NCBI GenBank assembly: GCA_964291495.2
Contig: OZ219871.1
Span: 1,152,001-1,216,000, forward strand
Direction of reading: 5' to 3'
DNA length: 64,000 nt
Origin: Dehalococcoidia bacterium
GTDB lineage: Bacteria > Chloroflexota > Dehalococcoidia > UBA2979
Positions within the stretch are counted from its first letter, which is position 1. Every line of letters starts with the position of its first letter. The position numbers and the translations under genes were made by a program. The notes under the pieces are model-generated. The model saw nothing but the letters and a program-made list of their open reading frames with translations, ran no database searches and was not told the origin of the DNA. Shown here piece by piece: positions 19,750-30,021 of this stretch.

Positions 19750-20650
19750 TCGAGGACCGGCAAGGGGCCTCGGACGCGGCCTCGGGGCACTCATCCCCGG
19801 CGGAGACGCGCCCGGCGACCTCGCCGGGCGGCCCGTGACCGAGATCGCCATCGCGGAGATCGAGGCGAATCCGCACCAGCCGCGGCTGATGATGGACGAC
19901 GAGGCGCTCGACGAGCTGACGCAGTCGGTGCGCGAGCACGGCGTGATCCAGCCGCTGATCGTGACGGAGCTGCCTCGGGCCGAGCCCGGCGGTCCCCGCT
20001 ACCGGCTGATCGCCGGCGAGCGACGGCTGCGCGCGGCCGCCGCGGCCGGCCTCGAGCGCGTGCCGGTCACGCTGCGCGAGACGACCGACCGCGACCAGCT
20101 GGAGCTGGCGCTGATCGAGAACGTCCAGCGCGAGGACCTGAGCCCGATCGAGGAGGCGCGCGCCTACCGCCGCCTGATCGACGAGTTCGGGCTGACGCAG
20201 CAGCAGACCGCGGACCGCGTCGGCTGCTCGCGGGCGAAGGTGGCGAACCGGCTGCGGCTGTTGGAGCTGCCCCCGGAGGCGATCGAGGCGCTGCAGGCCG
20301 CCCGGATCAGCGAGGGCCACGCGCGCGCACTGCTGGGCGCGCCTTCCATCGAGGCGCGCCTCGCGATCCTCGCGCGCATCGAGCGCGAGGGCCTGAGCGT
20401 GCGCCAGACGGAACGCCTCGCCCGCCGCGCACAGGCGACGGGGACCGCGCTCCCCACCGCGAGCGGCGCGGTGCGCGACCCGCAGATCGAGTCGCTCGAG
20501 GACGCGCTGCGCATGCAGCTCGGCACGAAGGTGGGGCTGCGGCGCGGACGCGGCGGACGCGGCACGCTCACGATCCACTTCCACAGCGACGAGGAGTTGG
20601 ACGGAGTGCTCGAGCGGCTGCTGCCCGAGTGGCTCGCCGAGCAGGCGTGA
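19739..20650 (+). CDS. parB: chromosome partitioning protein ParB/Spo0J
   Basis: GLGRGLGAL, NPHQPR, IAGERRLRA, ENVQREDLSPIEEA, HTH SRAKVANRLRLL. Confidence 0.95.
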   Translation: MTTDRGPARGLGRGLGALIPGGDAPGDLAGRPVTEIAIAEIEANPHQPRLMMDDEALDELTQSVREHGVIQPLIVTELPRAEPGGPRYRLIAGERRLRAAAAAGLERVPVTLRETTDRDQLELALIENVQREDLSPIEEARAYRRLIDEFGLTQQQTADRVGCSRAKVANRLRLLELPPEAIEALQAARISEGHARALLGAPSIEARLAILARIEREGLSVRQTERLARRAQATGTALPTASGAVRDPQIESLEDALRMQLGTKVGLRRGRGGRGTLTIHFHSDEELDGVLERLLPEWLAEQA

Positions 20651-20749
20651 CCCCACCGGCCTACGCCTCGCGCCGATCGGCGGCTATCCTCTCCGCTGTT
20701 CGGGCCCTGAGGCCGTAGCGTTCCGCACGGACTGAACGAGGTCGGGTCG

Positions 20750-23185
20750 ATGGCGCACGCGCTCGATGGCATCCGCATCGTCGAGGTCGGCGAGGGCAAG
20801 CAGCTCGCCTACTGCGGCAAGCTGCTGCGCGACCTCGGCGCCGAGGTGATCAAGGTCGAGCCGCCCGGCGGCGACCAGCTGCGCCTGCACGGCCCCTTCC
20901 CCAACGACGAGCCGGGCCCCGAGCAGAGCGGCCTCTTCATCTACTTCAACGGCGGCAAGCAGGGCGCGCGGCTGGACCTCGGACGCTCCGAGGACCGCGC
21001 GGCGCTGGGCCGCCTGATCGACGGCGCGGACGTGCTGCTGCTGGGCATGCGCCCTTCGCAGGCGCGGGCGGCGGGCCTCGATCCCGACGCGTTGCTGGCG
21101 AAGCGGCCGGGCCTCGTCGTCGCGACGGCGACGATCTACGGCTTCACGGGGCCCTACGCCGAGTGGCTCGGCTACCCGATCCACGCCTACGCCGGCTCCA
21201 GCGTCGCCCACCGCGTCGGCGACCCGGAGCGCGAGCCGCTCAACGCCCCGCTCGACGGCGCCGACATCCATCACGGCGCGGTGCAGCTCGCGGGCGCGAT
21301 CCTGACCGCGCTGCTGCACAAGGCGAAGACCGGCGAGGGACAGCTCGTCGACGTCGGCAGCCTCGAGGCCTCGAACCTCGCGATCTGGGGTCACGGCATC
21401 GCGCAGATCGTGTACCTCGGCTACCTCACGCCGGAGCGCAACGGCTTCCAGATCAGCGGCGGCGTCTGGGGGGCGTGGCCGACGAAGGACGGGCACTTCG
21501 CGATCATGACGCAGGTGCCGCGGCACTGGCAGGACTTCATGATCGGCCTCGGCGACCCCGAGTGGGCGCACCATCCGATCTTCTGGAAGCTCGGCCACGC
21601 CGGCATCCGGCGCGACATCACGCCCGAGCAGGGCGAGGAGATCCAGCAACTCCTGCGCGGCCCCTTCTCCGAGCTGCTCAAGCAGTGGACCAACGCCGAG
21701 CTCTGGGAGTTGTGCCGCCGCGAGCGCATCGCCTGCCAGCCCGTGCTCACCATCCCCGAGGTCTGCGAGGCCGACCACCCGAACGAGCGCGACTGGCTGA
21801 CCGAGGCGCCGGGGCCGCACCCGCCGTTGCGCGTGCCCGGCCGCCCCTACCACCTCTCGAAGACGCCGTGGCGGGAGCCGGGCCCGCCGCCCCGCCTCGA
21901 CGAGCCCTCGGTAAGCGCGTGGCAGGGCGAGCACCAGCCCCCATCCCCGCTGCGCACGCGAGCGGACGCGCTGATCGAGCCACGCAACGCGGGCCAGCCG
22001 CTCGCGGGCCTGCGCATCCTCGACCTCGGCATCGTCTGGGCCGGGCCGCAGACGATTCGCTTCCTCGCCGACTTCGGCGCGGACGTGATCAAGCTCACCA
22101 CCAACACGCGGCCCTGGATGTCGGGTGTGCGCGGCGGCTCCGACCCCGCCGATCCGATGTCGTGGGAGTGGATCCTGCGCAACCGCCGCTCGGTGAACAT
22201 CGACCTGCGCCACCCGGAGGGGCCGGACCTGGTGCGCCGCCTCGCCACCGTCTCCGACGTGGTGCTCGAGAACTTCGGCTCCGGCACCGCCGAGCGGATC
22301 GGCATCGGCTACGAGGCGCTTTCGAGGGACAATCCCGGCCTCGTCATGATCTCGATGCCGCCTGCGGGCACGACCGGCCCATGGTCGGACCTCGTCTCCT
22401 ACGGCCCGACGCTGACCGGGCTCAACGGCATGAAGGCGATCAGCGGCTACCCCGAGGACGGCTCGATCTCCGAGGAGGCGGCCGAGCTGGACCCGATCGC
22501 CGCCGCCTACGGCGCGCTCGCGATCCTCGCGGCGGTGATGCACCACTGCCGCACGGGCGAGGGCCAGCACATCGAGCTGGGGCAGGCGCAGGCCGGGTTC
22601 ACCGGCCTCGCCGAGGGTGTGATCGATTACACGTGGAACGGTCGCGACGTCGGCCCCGTCGGCAACACGCACCGCTTCCTCGCGCCGCACGGCATCTACC
22701 GCACGGTCGGCGAGGACGACTGGATCGCGATCGCCTGCGACGGCGACGAGCAGTGGCGCACCCTCGCGGGCGTCGCCGGGCGGCCCGACTGGCTCGAGCG
22801 TGAGGACTTCGCCTCGCCCGCGGCGCGGCGCGCGGCGCGACACGCGATCGACGCAGAGCTCGACGCCTGGACGCGCGACAAGGAGAAGCGCGAGCTGGCG
22901 GAACGCCTGCAGGCGGCGGGCGTGCCCGCCTTCCCCGTCCTCGAGGGCATGGAGGTGATCGCCGACCCGATGCTGCGCGAGCGGCGGGCGGAGTTCGAGC
23001 TGCACCCCGACTTCACGGTGGACGAGCTGCTCAACGGCATCGCCTGGCACCTCTCGAAGACCCCGCCGCGGTTGCGCCGGCCCGCGCCCGCCTTCGGCGG
23101 ACACAACGTCGAGGTGCTCGGCGAGTACCTCGGCCTGACGGAGGCCGAGGTGCGGGCGATGGAGGAGTCGGGCCTGCTCGCGTAG
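20750..23185 (+). CDS. two-domain class III CoA-transferase (CaiB/BaiF fusion)
   Basis: Two CaiB-like repeats (LDGIRIVE...DLGAEVIKVEPP; LAGLRILDL...DFGADVIK). Confidence 0.9.
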   Translation: MAHALDGIRIVEVGEGKQLAYCGKLLRDLGAEVIKVEPPGGDQLRLHGPFPNDEPGPEQSGLFIYFNGGKQGARLDLGRSEDRAALGRLIDGADVLLLGMRPSQARAAGLDPDALLAKRPGLVVATATIYGFTGPYAEWLGYPIHAYAGSSVAHRVGDPEREPLNAPLDGADIHHGAVQLAGAILTALLHKAKTGEGQLVDVGSLEASNLAIWGHGIAQIVYLGYLTPERNGFQISGGVWGAWPTKDGHFAIMTQVPRHWQDFMIGLGDPEWAHHPIFWKLGHAGIRRDITPEQGEEIQQLLRGPFSELLKQWTNAELWELCRRERIACQPVLTIPEVCEADHPNERDWLTEAPGPHPPLRVPGRPYHLSKTPWREPGPPPRLDEPSVSAWQGEHQPPSPLRTRADALIEPRNAGQPLAGLRILDLGIVWAGPQTIRFLADFGADVIKLTTNTRPWMSGVRGGSDPADPMSWEWILRNRRSVNIDLRHPEGPDLVRRLATVSDVVLENFGSGTAERIGIGYEALSRDNPGLVMISMPPAGTTGPWSDLVSYGPTLTGLNGMKAISGYPEDGSISEEAAELDPIAAAYGALAILAAVMHHCRTGEGQHIELGQAQAGFTGLAEGVIDYTWNGRDVGPVGNTHRFLAPHGIYRTVGEDDWIAIACDGDEQWRTLAGVAGRPDWLEREDFASPAARRAARHAIDAELDAWTRDKEKRELAERLQAAGVPAFPVLEGMEVIADPMLRERRAEFELHPDFTVDELLNGIAWHLSKTPPRLRRPAPAFGGHNVEVLGEYLGLTEAEVRAMEESGLLA

Positions 23186-23210
23186 GCGCGCGGCGACAAA
23201 GGAGGACGAG

Positions 23211-24002
23211 ATGAGCGACGACGGACAACTGATCATCGAGGAGCGCGACCGCATCGCGTTCGTGACCTTCAACCGGCCCGAGAAACTCAACGCCTGGACG
23301 TTCGAGATGAGCAACGAGCTTCGCGAGTACCTCTGGGGGCTCAACGAGGGCGAGTACCGCATCCGCTGCGTCGTGATGACCGGCTCCGGGCGCGCCTTCT
23401 GCTCGGGTGCGGACGTCGGCAACCTCGCAGCGCGCCAGGGCGGCGAGCGGCCGCCCTGGCGGCCGCCGCACCCGGAGGCGCACATCACCGAGGCGCTGCG
23501 CCGCTGCAACGCGCCGGTGATCGCCGCGATCAACGGCTACGCGCTGGGCATGGGCCTCGGCATCGCGATGTCCTGCGACATCCGCATCGCCGCGGACGAC
23601 GCGCGCTTCCAGGTGGCGCAGATGAAGCGCGGCCTCACCGCCGACACCGCCCTCGCCCACTCGCTCCCCGCCGCGATCGGCGCCGAGCGCGCGATGGAGC
23701 TGATGTTCACCGCCCGCATGATCGAGGCGGACGAGGCGGAGCGGATCGGCCTCGTGCTGAAGGTCGTGCCCGCCGACGACCTGCTGGACGAGGCCGAGGC
23801 GCTGGCGCGCGAGATCGCAAAGAACGGCCCGCTCGGCGTCGCCGCCGCGAAGCGCACGGTCTACCTCCGTGACGACGACGCCTTCCAGCGCGCGCACGAC
23901 TTCCTCGGCCTGACGATGGACCGCCTGTTCATGACCGAGGACGCCCGCGAGGGCATCAGCTCCTTCGCCGAGCGCCGCGAGCCGGAGTTCCCCGGCCGCT
24001 AG
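23211..24002 (+). CDS. enoyl-CoA hydratase/isomerase family protein
   Basis: NRPEKLNA, FCSGAD, IAAINGYALG, AERIGLV. Confidence 0.9.
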   Translation: MSDDGQLIIEERDRIAFVTFNRPEKLNAWTFEMSNELREYLWGLNEGEYRIRCVVMTGSGRAFCSGADVGNLAARQGGERPPWRPPHPEAHITEALRRCNAPVIAAINGYALGMGLGIAMSCDIRIAADDARFQVAQMKRGLTADTALAHSLPAAIGAERAMELMFTARMIEADEAERIGLVLKVVPADDLLDEAEALAREIAKNGPLGVAAAKRTVYLRDDDAFQRAHDFLGLTMDRLFMTEDAREGISSFAERREPEFPGR

Positions 24003-24025
24003 GCGGTGTCCGCCTCCGGCCCCTC

Positions 24026-24401
24026 TCCGGCCCCTCTCGCGGGGAGAGGGCGGGGGTGAGGGGGCTCGCCCGTCGCCCGCTTGCCGGCTCGATCGGTGGT
24101 TGCGCCCCCGAGGGCTCATGCCCGTCGGGCGTCGGACGAGCACGCGCTACGCGCGGCTCGGCCCACCCACCCGCCCCGGATCTTCTTTCCTGTGGGGGCT
24201 TCGCCCCCACGCCCCCGCTGCTGCTCGCCTCGGAGGGCCCGTACGCTCTCCAGGGCCCTTTCCCGGCGGGCGTCGGAGCGAGCACGCTGCTCGGCTCGGC
24301 TGGATTCCGGCCTTCGCCGGAATGACGAAGAGGGGGAAGCCTCACCCGTGCGGGCCCCGATCCGGCCCCCTCTCCTGGGGGAGAGGGCGGGGGTGAGGGG
24401 G
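24026..24401. repeat. composite REP cluster (two family A copies, one family B copy, extra hairpins)
   Basis: Family A at 24026-24063 and 24357-24401; family B CTGGATTCCGGCCTTCGCCGGAATGACG at 24300-24327; GTGGGGG-CTTCG-CCCCCAC hairpin at 24192-24210. Lies between convergent genes. Confidence 0.85.
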
Positions 24402-24481
24402 CACGCCGGACTCGCGAGGACGCACACACGCCCATTGGCCGCCCGGCCCCTCGCTCCAGGGCTCGTGCCGGGCCGCTCTCT

Positions 24482-25279
24482 CTAGTAGTGGATCGCGGCG
24501 CCCGACCCGCCGCCTGTGGCGATCGCGTCGCCGTTGATCGAGATCGACTTCGGGGAGGCGAGGAAGGCGACGACGTAGGCGACCTCGCGCGCGTCGACGA
24601 GGTGGCGGATCGAGTTGCCCTCGGCGAGACGGCGCTCGACCTCCTCCTCCGGTTCGCCCGCCGCGACCCGCGCGGCGATCATCTCCGTCGTGCGCTCGGT
24701 GCGCGTGCCGCCGGGGTGGACGACGGTGACGTTGATGCCGTGCGGGCCGAGCTCGTCCGCCAGGTTCTTCGTCAGCGCGGCCACGCCGACGTTGCGGATG
24801 CTGCCGGAGGTGTTGCCGGCGCGGCGCGCGCCGAGGCCGGAGATGTTGACGATCCGCCCCCAGCCCTGCTCGCGCATGATCGGCGCCACCGCCCGCGCGG
24901 TGCGCAGGTAGCCCAGCACCTTCACCTCGATGTCCGCGCGCACGTGATCGTCGGTCAACTCGTCCAGCGGGACCGGCGGCAGCGCGCTGCCCGGCGAGGC
25001 GGCGTTGTTGACGAGGATGTCGATCCGCCCGAACGCCTCGTGCGCGGCCTGCACCATCGCCTGCACCGAGGAGTCGTCGGATGTGTCGGCGGTCAGCGGA
25101 AGCACGCGGCGGCCGCTCTCCCCGGCGATCTCGGCGGCGGTCGCCTCCAGCGCCTCGCGCCCACGCGCGACGGCTGCGACGTCGGCGCCCTCGAGGGCCA
25201 GTTCACGCGCCACCGCCTTGCCGATGCCGCGGCTCGCGCCGGTGACGATCGCCACCTTCCCCGTCAGCTCCAGGTCCAT
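24482..25279 (-). CDS. SDR family oxidoreductase (atypical, no YxxxK)
   Basis: TGASRGIG, LVNNA; GSIRN occupies the YxxxK position. Confidence 0.88.
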   Translation of the reverse strand: MDLELTGKVAIVTGASRGIGKAVARELALEGADVAAVARGREALEATAAEIAGESGRRVLPLTADTSDDSSVQAMVQAAHEAFGRIDILVNNAASPGSALPPVPLDELTDDHVRADIEVKVLGYLRTARAVAPIMREQGWGRIVNISGLGARRAGNTSGSIRNVGVAALTKNLADELGPHGINVTVVHPGGTRTERTTEMIAARVAAGEPEEEVERRLAEGNSIRHLVDAREVAYVVAFLASPKSISINGDAIATGGGSGAAIHY

Positions 25280-25401
25280 GCCGTGCCTCCCGCCTCGCAT
25301 CGCGCTCGCGCCGCCGCGCATCGTACGCCCCGCGGCGAGGGCCGGTGTATCCTCGCCGCGCGGTGGGCGGCGCGCCAGCGCGGCCGGGGAGGGCGAGGCG
25401 C

Positions 25402-26604
25402 ATGACGACGCAGACACGCGGGCGGGACGCCGTCTTCCTCTCGGGCGTGCGCAGCGGCTTCGGCAGCTTCGGCGGCTCGCTGAAGGACCTCAGCGCCACG
25501 CAGCTCGGCGCGACCATCGCGCGAGACGCGATCGCCGCCTCCGGCGCGTCCGCCGAGGAGTTCGACCACGTCGTCTTCGGCAACGTCCAGCAGACCTCCT
25601 CGGACGCGATCTACCTCGCGCGCCACATCGGCCTCGAGGCGGGGCTGCCAATCGAGACGCCCGCGCTGACCGTGAACCGCCTCTGCGGCTCCGGCTTCGA
25701 GGCGGTCACGCAGGGCGCGCAGCAGATCATGCTCGGCCGCTCGGAGCTGGTGCTCGCCGGCGGCACAGAGTCGATGAGCCAGGCGCCGCACGTCGTGCGG
25801 GGCGCGCGCTGGGGTCTGCGCCTCGCCGCGCAGGCGGAGTTGGAGGACTCGCTCTGGGAGTGCCTCAGCGATCGCTACTGCGGCCTCTCGATGGGGGAGA
25901 CCGCGGACAACCTCGCGCAGCGCTACGAGCTGGATCGCGACGAGGTCGACGAGTACGCGCTCGGCTCGCAGCAGCGCGCACGGCAGGCCTGGGAGGACGG
26001 CGTCTTCGAGAACGAGGTGACCCCGATCATGGTCGGACGGCGCGGCCGCGAGACGGAGTTCCGCGCCGACGAGCACATCCGCGCCGACACCACCCTCGAG
26101 GGTCTCGGGGAGCTGCCGACGGTCTTCCGCCAGGGTGGCGTCACCACCGCCGGCAACGCCTCCGGCATCTGCGACGGCGCGGCGGCGCTCGTCGTGGCCA
26201 GCGAGGACTACGCCGCGGCGAACGACCTCGAGCCGATCGGCCGGCTGATCGGCTGGGCGGTCGCGGGGGTGGACCCGGCGCACATGGGCATCGGACCCGC
26301 GCCCGCGATCCGCGACGTGCTGGAGCAGACCGGCCTGAGCCTCGACGAGCTGGACCTGATCGAGGTCAACGAGGCGTTCTCCGCGCAATACCTCGCGGTC
26401 GAGCGCGAGCTGGGCCTGGATCGCGAGCGGACGAACGTGCACGGCGGCGCGATCGCGATCGGGCACCCGGTCGGCGCGAGCGGCGCGCGCATCACGGCGC
26501 ACCTGCTGCACGCGCTGCGCCGTGAGGGCAAGCGCTACGGCCTCGGCTCCGCCTGCATCGGCGGGGGCCAGGGCGCGGCGCTGATCGTCGAGGCGTTCAA
26601 CTAG
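25402..26604 (+). CDS. acetyl-CoA C-acyltransferase (thiolase)
   Basis: [27 protein letters not shown]: full catalytic set. Confidence 0.93.
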   Translation: MTTQTRGRDAVFLSGVRSGFGSFGGSLKDLSATQLGATIARDAIAASGASAEEFDHVVFGNVQQTSSDAIYLARHIGLEAGLPIETPALTVNRLCGSGFEAVTQGAQQIMLGRSELVLAGGTESMSQAPHVVRGARWGLRLAAQAELEDSLWECLSDRYCGLSMGETADNLAQRYELDRDEVDEYALGSQQRARQAWEDGVFENEVTPIMVGRRGRETEFRADEHIRADTTLEGLGELPTVFRQGGVTTAGNASGICDGAAALVVASEDYAAANDLEPIGRLIGWAVAGVDPAHMGIGPAPAIRDVLEQTGLSLDELDLIEVNEAFSAQYLAVERELGLDRERTNVHGGAIAIGHPVGASGARITAHLLHALRREGKRYGLGSACIGGGQGAALIVEAFN

Positions 26605-26637
26605 CCGCGCATCCGGCGCGGGTTACGTAGCAGGAGG

Positions 26638-27537
26638 ATGAAGATGGCTGAGAGCGGCGTTCGCAGCGTCGGAGTGCTCGGCTGCGGACAGATGGGCGGC
26701 GGCATCGCCCAGGTCTGCGCCACGGCCGGCTTCGAGACCCACGTACGCGAGGCAGGCGAGGAGCCGCTGGAGCGAGGCATGGCCTCGATCCTCCGCGCGC
26801 TCGACTCGGCCGCCGCGCGCGGCCGGCTGTCCGCCGAGGACCGCGCCGCGATCGAGGGGCGGCTCCACCCGACGACCGACCTCGCCGACCTCGCCGCCTG
26901 CGACATCGTGGTCGAGGCGGTGACCGAGGATATCGACCTCAAGTGCGCGGTCTGGCGCGAGGCGGACGCGGCAGTTCAGCCGGACGCCGTCTTCGCCTCG
27001 AACACCTCGAGCCTGACGATCGCGGCGATGGCCGGGTCGACCGGCCGGGCGGACCGCTTCGTGGGGATGCATTTCTTCTTCCCCGTGCCGGCGATGCGGC
27101 TGGTCGAGGTGGTACGGACAGTGACCACCTCGGACGAGACGTTCGAGCGCGCGACGGCGTTCGCGAGCGAGATCGGCAAGGAGCCGATCGCGGCGAAGGA
27201 CCAGTCCGGCTTCACCGTGAACCTGCTGCTGGTGCCCTACCTGCTGGACGCGATCCGTGCGCTCGAGCGTGGCGTCGCCAGCACCGAGGACATCGACCGC
27301 GGGATGCAGCTCGGCTGCGGCCACCCGATGGGGCCGCTCACGCTCTGCGACCTCGTGGGGCTCGACGTACTGCACCAGGTGGCGGAGTACATGTACGCGG
27401 AGCACCGCGAGACGCGCTACGCGCCGCCGCCGCTGCTGACGCGGATGACGCTGGTGGGGCTGCACGGCCGCAAGACCGGCCGCGGCTTCTACGACTACTC
27501 GGCGGACCCGCCGACGCCGCTCGGGCTCGGGGTGTAG
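26638..27537 (+). CDS. 3-hydroxybutyryl/3-hydroxyacyl-CoA dehydrogenase
   Basis: GCGQMGGGIA, ASNTSS, GMHFF, GHPMGPL. Confidence 0.92.
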   Translation: MKMAESGVRSVGVLGCGQMGGGIAQVCATAGFETHVREAGEEPLERGMASILRALDSAAARGRLSAEDRAAIEGRLHPTTDLADLAACDIVVEAVTEDIDLKCAVWREADAAVQPDAVFASNTSSLTIAAMAGSTGRADRFVGMHFFFPVPAMRLVEVVRTVTTSDETFERATAFASEIGKEPIAAKDQSGFTVNLLLVPYLLDAIRALERGVASTEDIDRGMQLGCGHPMGPLTLCDLVGLDVLHQVAEYMYAEHRETRYAPPPLLTRMTLVGLHGRKTGRGFYDYSADPPTPLGLGV

Positions 27538-27549
27538 CACCTCGCACCT

Positions 27550-28836
27550 TCAGCGGGCCCCGGTGGGCTCGAACTGCAGCTGCGGGAGCCGCGAGACGAT
27601 GGCGAAGAGCAGCGCCGCCAGACCGAACGAGCCGACGAACATCACCAGCGCGAGGTCGTAGCTGCCCGTCACGTCGAAGATCCAGCCGGCGACCACCGGG
27701 CTGACGACCAGCCCCGCCTCCTCGATCACGAACATCGCGCCGAGCAGCGTGGCGAAGTGGGCGAGGCCGAACATCCTCGTCAGCAGCATCGCCTCGATGA
27801 TCGGGCCGCCGCCCGTGCCGCAGACCCAGAGCAGCACGAACAGCGTGATGCCGACCGCGCCCGAGTCAAGCAGGAGCGCCACCAGCCCGCTTACGAGGCA
27901 GGCGCACATCGCCATCACCAGGTACTCGAAACGGCTCAAGCGGTCCGCGATGAGCCCGAAGGCCAGCCGCGAGCCGATCCCCAGCGTCGCCATCGCCGAG
28001 ACGATCAACGCCGCATCCGCGCGCGACACCCCGAGCGAGACGTAGAGCGGGATCTGGTGCACCAGCATCCCGAACATGCCGAAGAACAGGAACGTGAACC
28101 CGAACGCGACCAGCCAGAAGTGCGGGGTCGCCAGCGCGGCCCGCAGCGTGAGACCGCTCAGCCGTGATGCGGCCTCACTCGGCTCGACGGGCGCGTCCGC
28201 GGGCGCCCGAGCACCGTCCGGTTGCGCCCCGACGTCCGAGGGGTGGTTGCGCACCAGCAACGTGCCGAGCGGCAGGTAGAGCAGCGAGATCACGACGCCG
28301 GAGAAGATGAACGACGGCCCCCAGCCCAGCGTGTCGATCACCAACCGCATCGAGGGCACGACCACGACGCCACCGAGCGCAAACCCCGTCCCGAGGATGC
28401 TGAGCGCGATCCCGCGCCGGCGATCGAACCACCTCGAGATCAGCGCCTGGAAGGGGATGAAGAACATCATCTGGCGGAAGACGCCGTTGATCGCCGAGTA
28501 GACGTACCACTGCCACAGCTCGCTCGTCGTCGCGAGCAGGCCGTAACTCAGCGCCGTCGTGACCGCGCCGAAGAGAATCACCTCGCGCGGACCGCGCGCG
28601 TCGATCCAGCGCCCGGTCAGCAGGCCCGAGAAGCCGCTGCAGAGCAGCCCCAGCGAGAGCGCGCCGGAGACCTCGCCGCGGGACCAGCCGAACTCATCCT
28701 CGAGCGGCGAGATGTAGAGGCCGAAGGCCCAGAAGGAGACGCCGCTGCCGAGCGCCATCGCGGCGATCGAACCGGCCAGCAACCACCAGCCGTAGTAGAC
28801 CTGCCGCGGCCGGCGCAGCCACAACGGGAGACTCAT
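27550..28836 (-). CDS. MFS transporter
   Basis: YYGWW, GRWIDARGPR, WFDRRRGIA; paralogue of 3695..5026. Confidence 0.9.
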   Translation of the reverse strand: MSLPLWLRRPRQVYYGWWLLAGSIAAMALGSGVSFWAFGLYISPLEDEFGWSRGEVSGALSLGLLCSGFSGLLTGRWIDARGPREVILFGAVTTALSYGLLATTSELWQWYVYSAINGVFRQMMFFIPFQALISRWFDRRRGIALSILGTGFALGGVVVVPSMRLVIDTLGWGPSFIFSGVVISLLYLPLGTLLVRNHPSDVGAQPDGARAPADAPVEPSEAASRLSGLTLRAALATPHFWLVAFGFTFLFFGMFGMLVHQIPLYVSLGVSRADAALIVSAMATLGIGSRLAFGLIADRLSRFEYLVMAMCACLVSGLVALLLDSGAVGITLFVLLWVCGTGGGPIIEAMLLTRMFGLAHFATLLGAMFVIEEAGLVVSPVVAGWIFDVTGSYDLALVMFVGSFGLAALLFAIVSRLPQLQFEPTGAR

Positions 28837-28866
28837 CGCGGTGTCGCGGCGCGCCGCGCTCGCCCG

Positions 28867-29961
28867 CTAGCCCAGCTCGAGGATCGAGCGCCCCGAGATC
28901 TGGCCCGCCTCGAGCGCGTCCGTCGCCTCGTTGATCGCGTCGAGCGGGTAGCGCGTGGTGACGAGCGCGTCGAGGTCCAGCTCGCCCTCGTGGTACCAGC
29001 GCAGGAACATCGGGAAGTCGCGGTCCGGCCGGCAGGAGCCGCCGATGCTGCCGATGTACTTCTTCTCGGCGATCAGCATGTCCCGCGCATCGAGCTCGAC
29101 CGGCGTCTGCGGAACCCCGACGAGCACGGCCGTCCCGCCCGTGCTGCGGCCGATCACGCCCCCGCGCACCGCCGGCATGATCTGCTCCATCGTCTGGCGC
29201 ACGCCGATGCAGTCGAAGGCGTAGTCGACGCCACTGACCGGCTCCCCGTTGAGCCTCAGCTCGTCGGGCCGCCGCGTCAGCTCGTGAATGCGCTCGACGG
29301 GGTCGACCTCGGAGGCGTTGACGCCGATTGTCGCGCCGAAGCGCCTCGCGAAGTCCAGTTTCTCCTCGTCGAGGTCGACGGCGATGATCGGGTCCGCGCC
29401 GACAACCGCGGCGGCGGTGATCGCGGAGAGGCCGACCCCGCCGACGCCAAAGACGGCGACGCTCTCGCCGCGCTGCACGCCGGCGGTGTGATAGACGGCG
29501 CCGGCGCCGGTCATCACCGCGCAGCCGATGATCGCGGTCACGTCCGTGGGCGCGTCGTCCGGCAGCCGGACGACGAACTGCTCGTCTGCGATCGTGTGGT
29601 CCGCCCACGTGAACGTGTTCTGGGAGTGGGCGACGCTGCCGTCGCCGAGCGTGAGGCTGGCCATCTCCGGCAGCCTCGACGCCTCGGGGTCACGCACCAC
29701 CCAGGTGACCATCACGCGATCGCCCTCGCGGACGTGGTCCACCTCGGAGCCAGCGGCGAGTACGACGCCCGTCGACTCGTGGCCCAGCAACTGCTGGCGC
29801 TCCCGAGGACCATGCATCTGGTGCAGCTGCGAGTGACAGACGCCGCTCGCGAGCTGCTTCACCACGACCTGGTGCGGGCCGGGGTCGGGCAGGTCGACCT
29901 CCTCGATGCGCAGCGGGCCGGGGCCCTGCGGGCAGACGACGACGCGGGCGGGAGTGGGCAT
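28867..29961 (-). CDS. zinc-dependent alcohol dehydrogenase (lacks structural-Zn Cys4)
   Basis: GVCHS, GHE, GCAVMTG, GVGGVG. Confidence 0.9.
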   Translation of the reverse strand: MPTPARVVVCPQGPGPLRIEEVDLPDPGPHQVVVKQLASGVCHSQLHQMHGPRERQQLLGHESTGVVLAAGSEVDHVREGDRVMVTWVVRDPEASRLPEMASLTLGDGSVAHSQNTFTWADHTIADEQFVVRLPDDAPTDVTAIIGCAVMTGAGAVYHTAGVQRGESVAVFGVGGVGLSAITAAAVVGADPIIAVDLDEEKLDFARRFGATIGVNASEVDPVERIHELTRRPDELRLNGEPVSGVDYAFDCIGVRQTMEQIMPAVRGGVIGRSTGGTAVLVGVPQTPVELDARDMLIAEKKYIGSIGGSCRPDRDFPMFLRWYHEGELDLDALVTTRYPLDAINEATDALEAGQISGRSILELG

Positions 29962-30021
29962 GTCACGCCTCCGTGCTCTTCGCTCGGCTCATGGTAGCGG
30001 CTGGATGCGGGCGAGCGGCGG

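Noticed and set aside
24003-24481. Possible CRISPR array or small ORFs in the repeat-rich gap
   Set aside because: No run of identical repeats with regular spacers and no cas genes; the ORFs are translations of palindromes.
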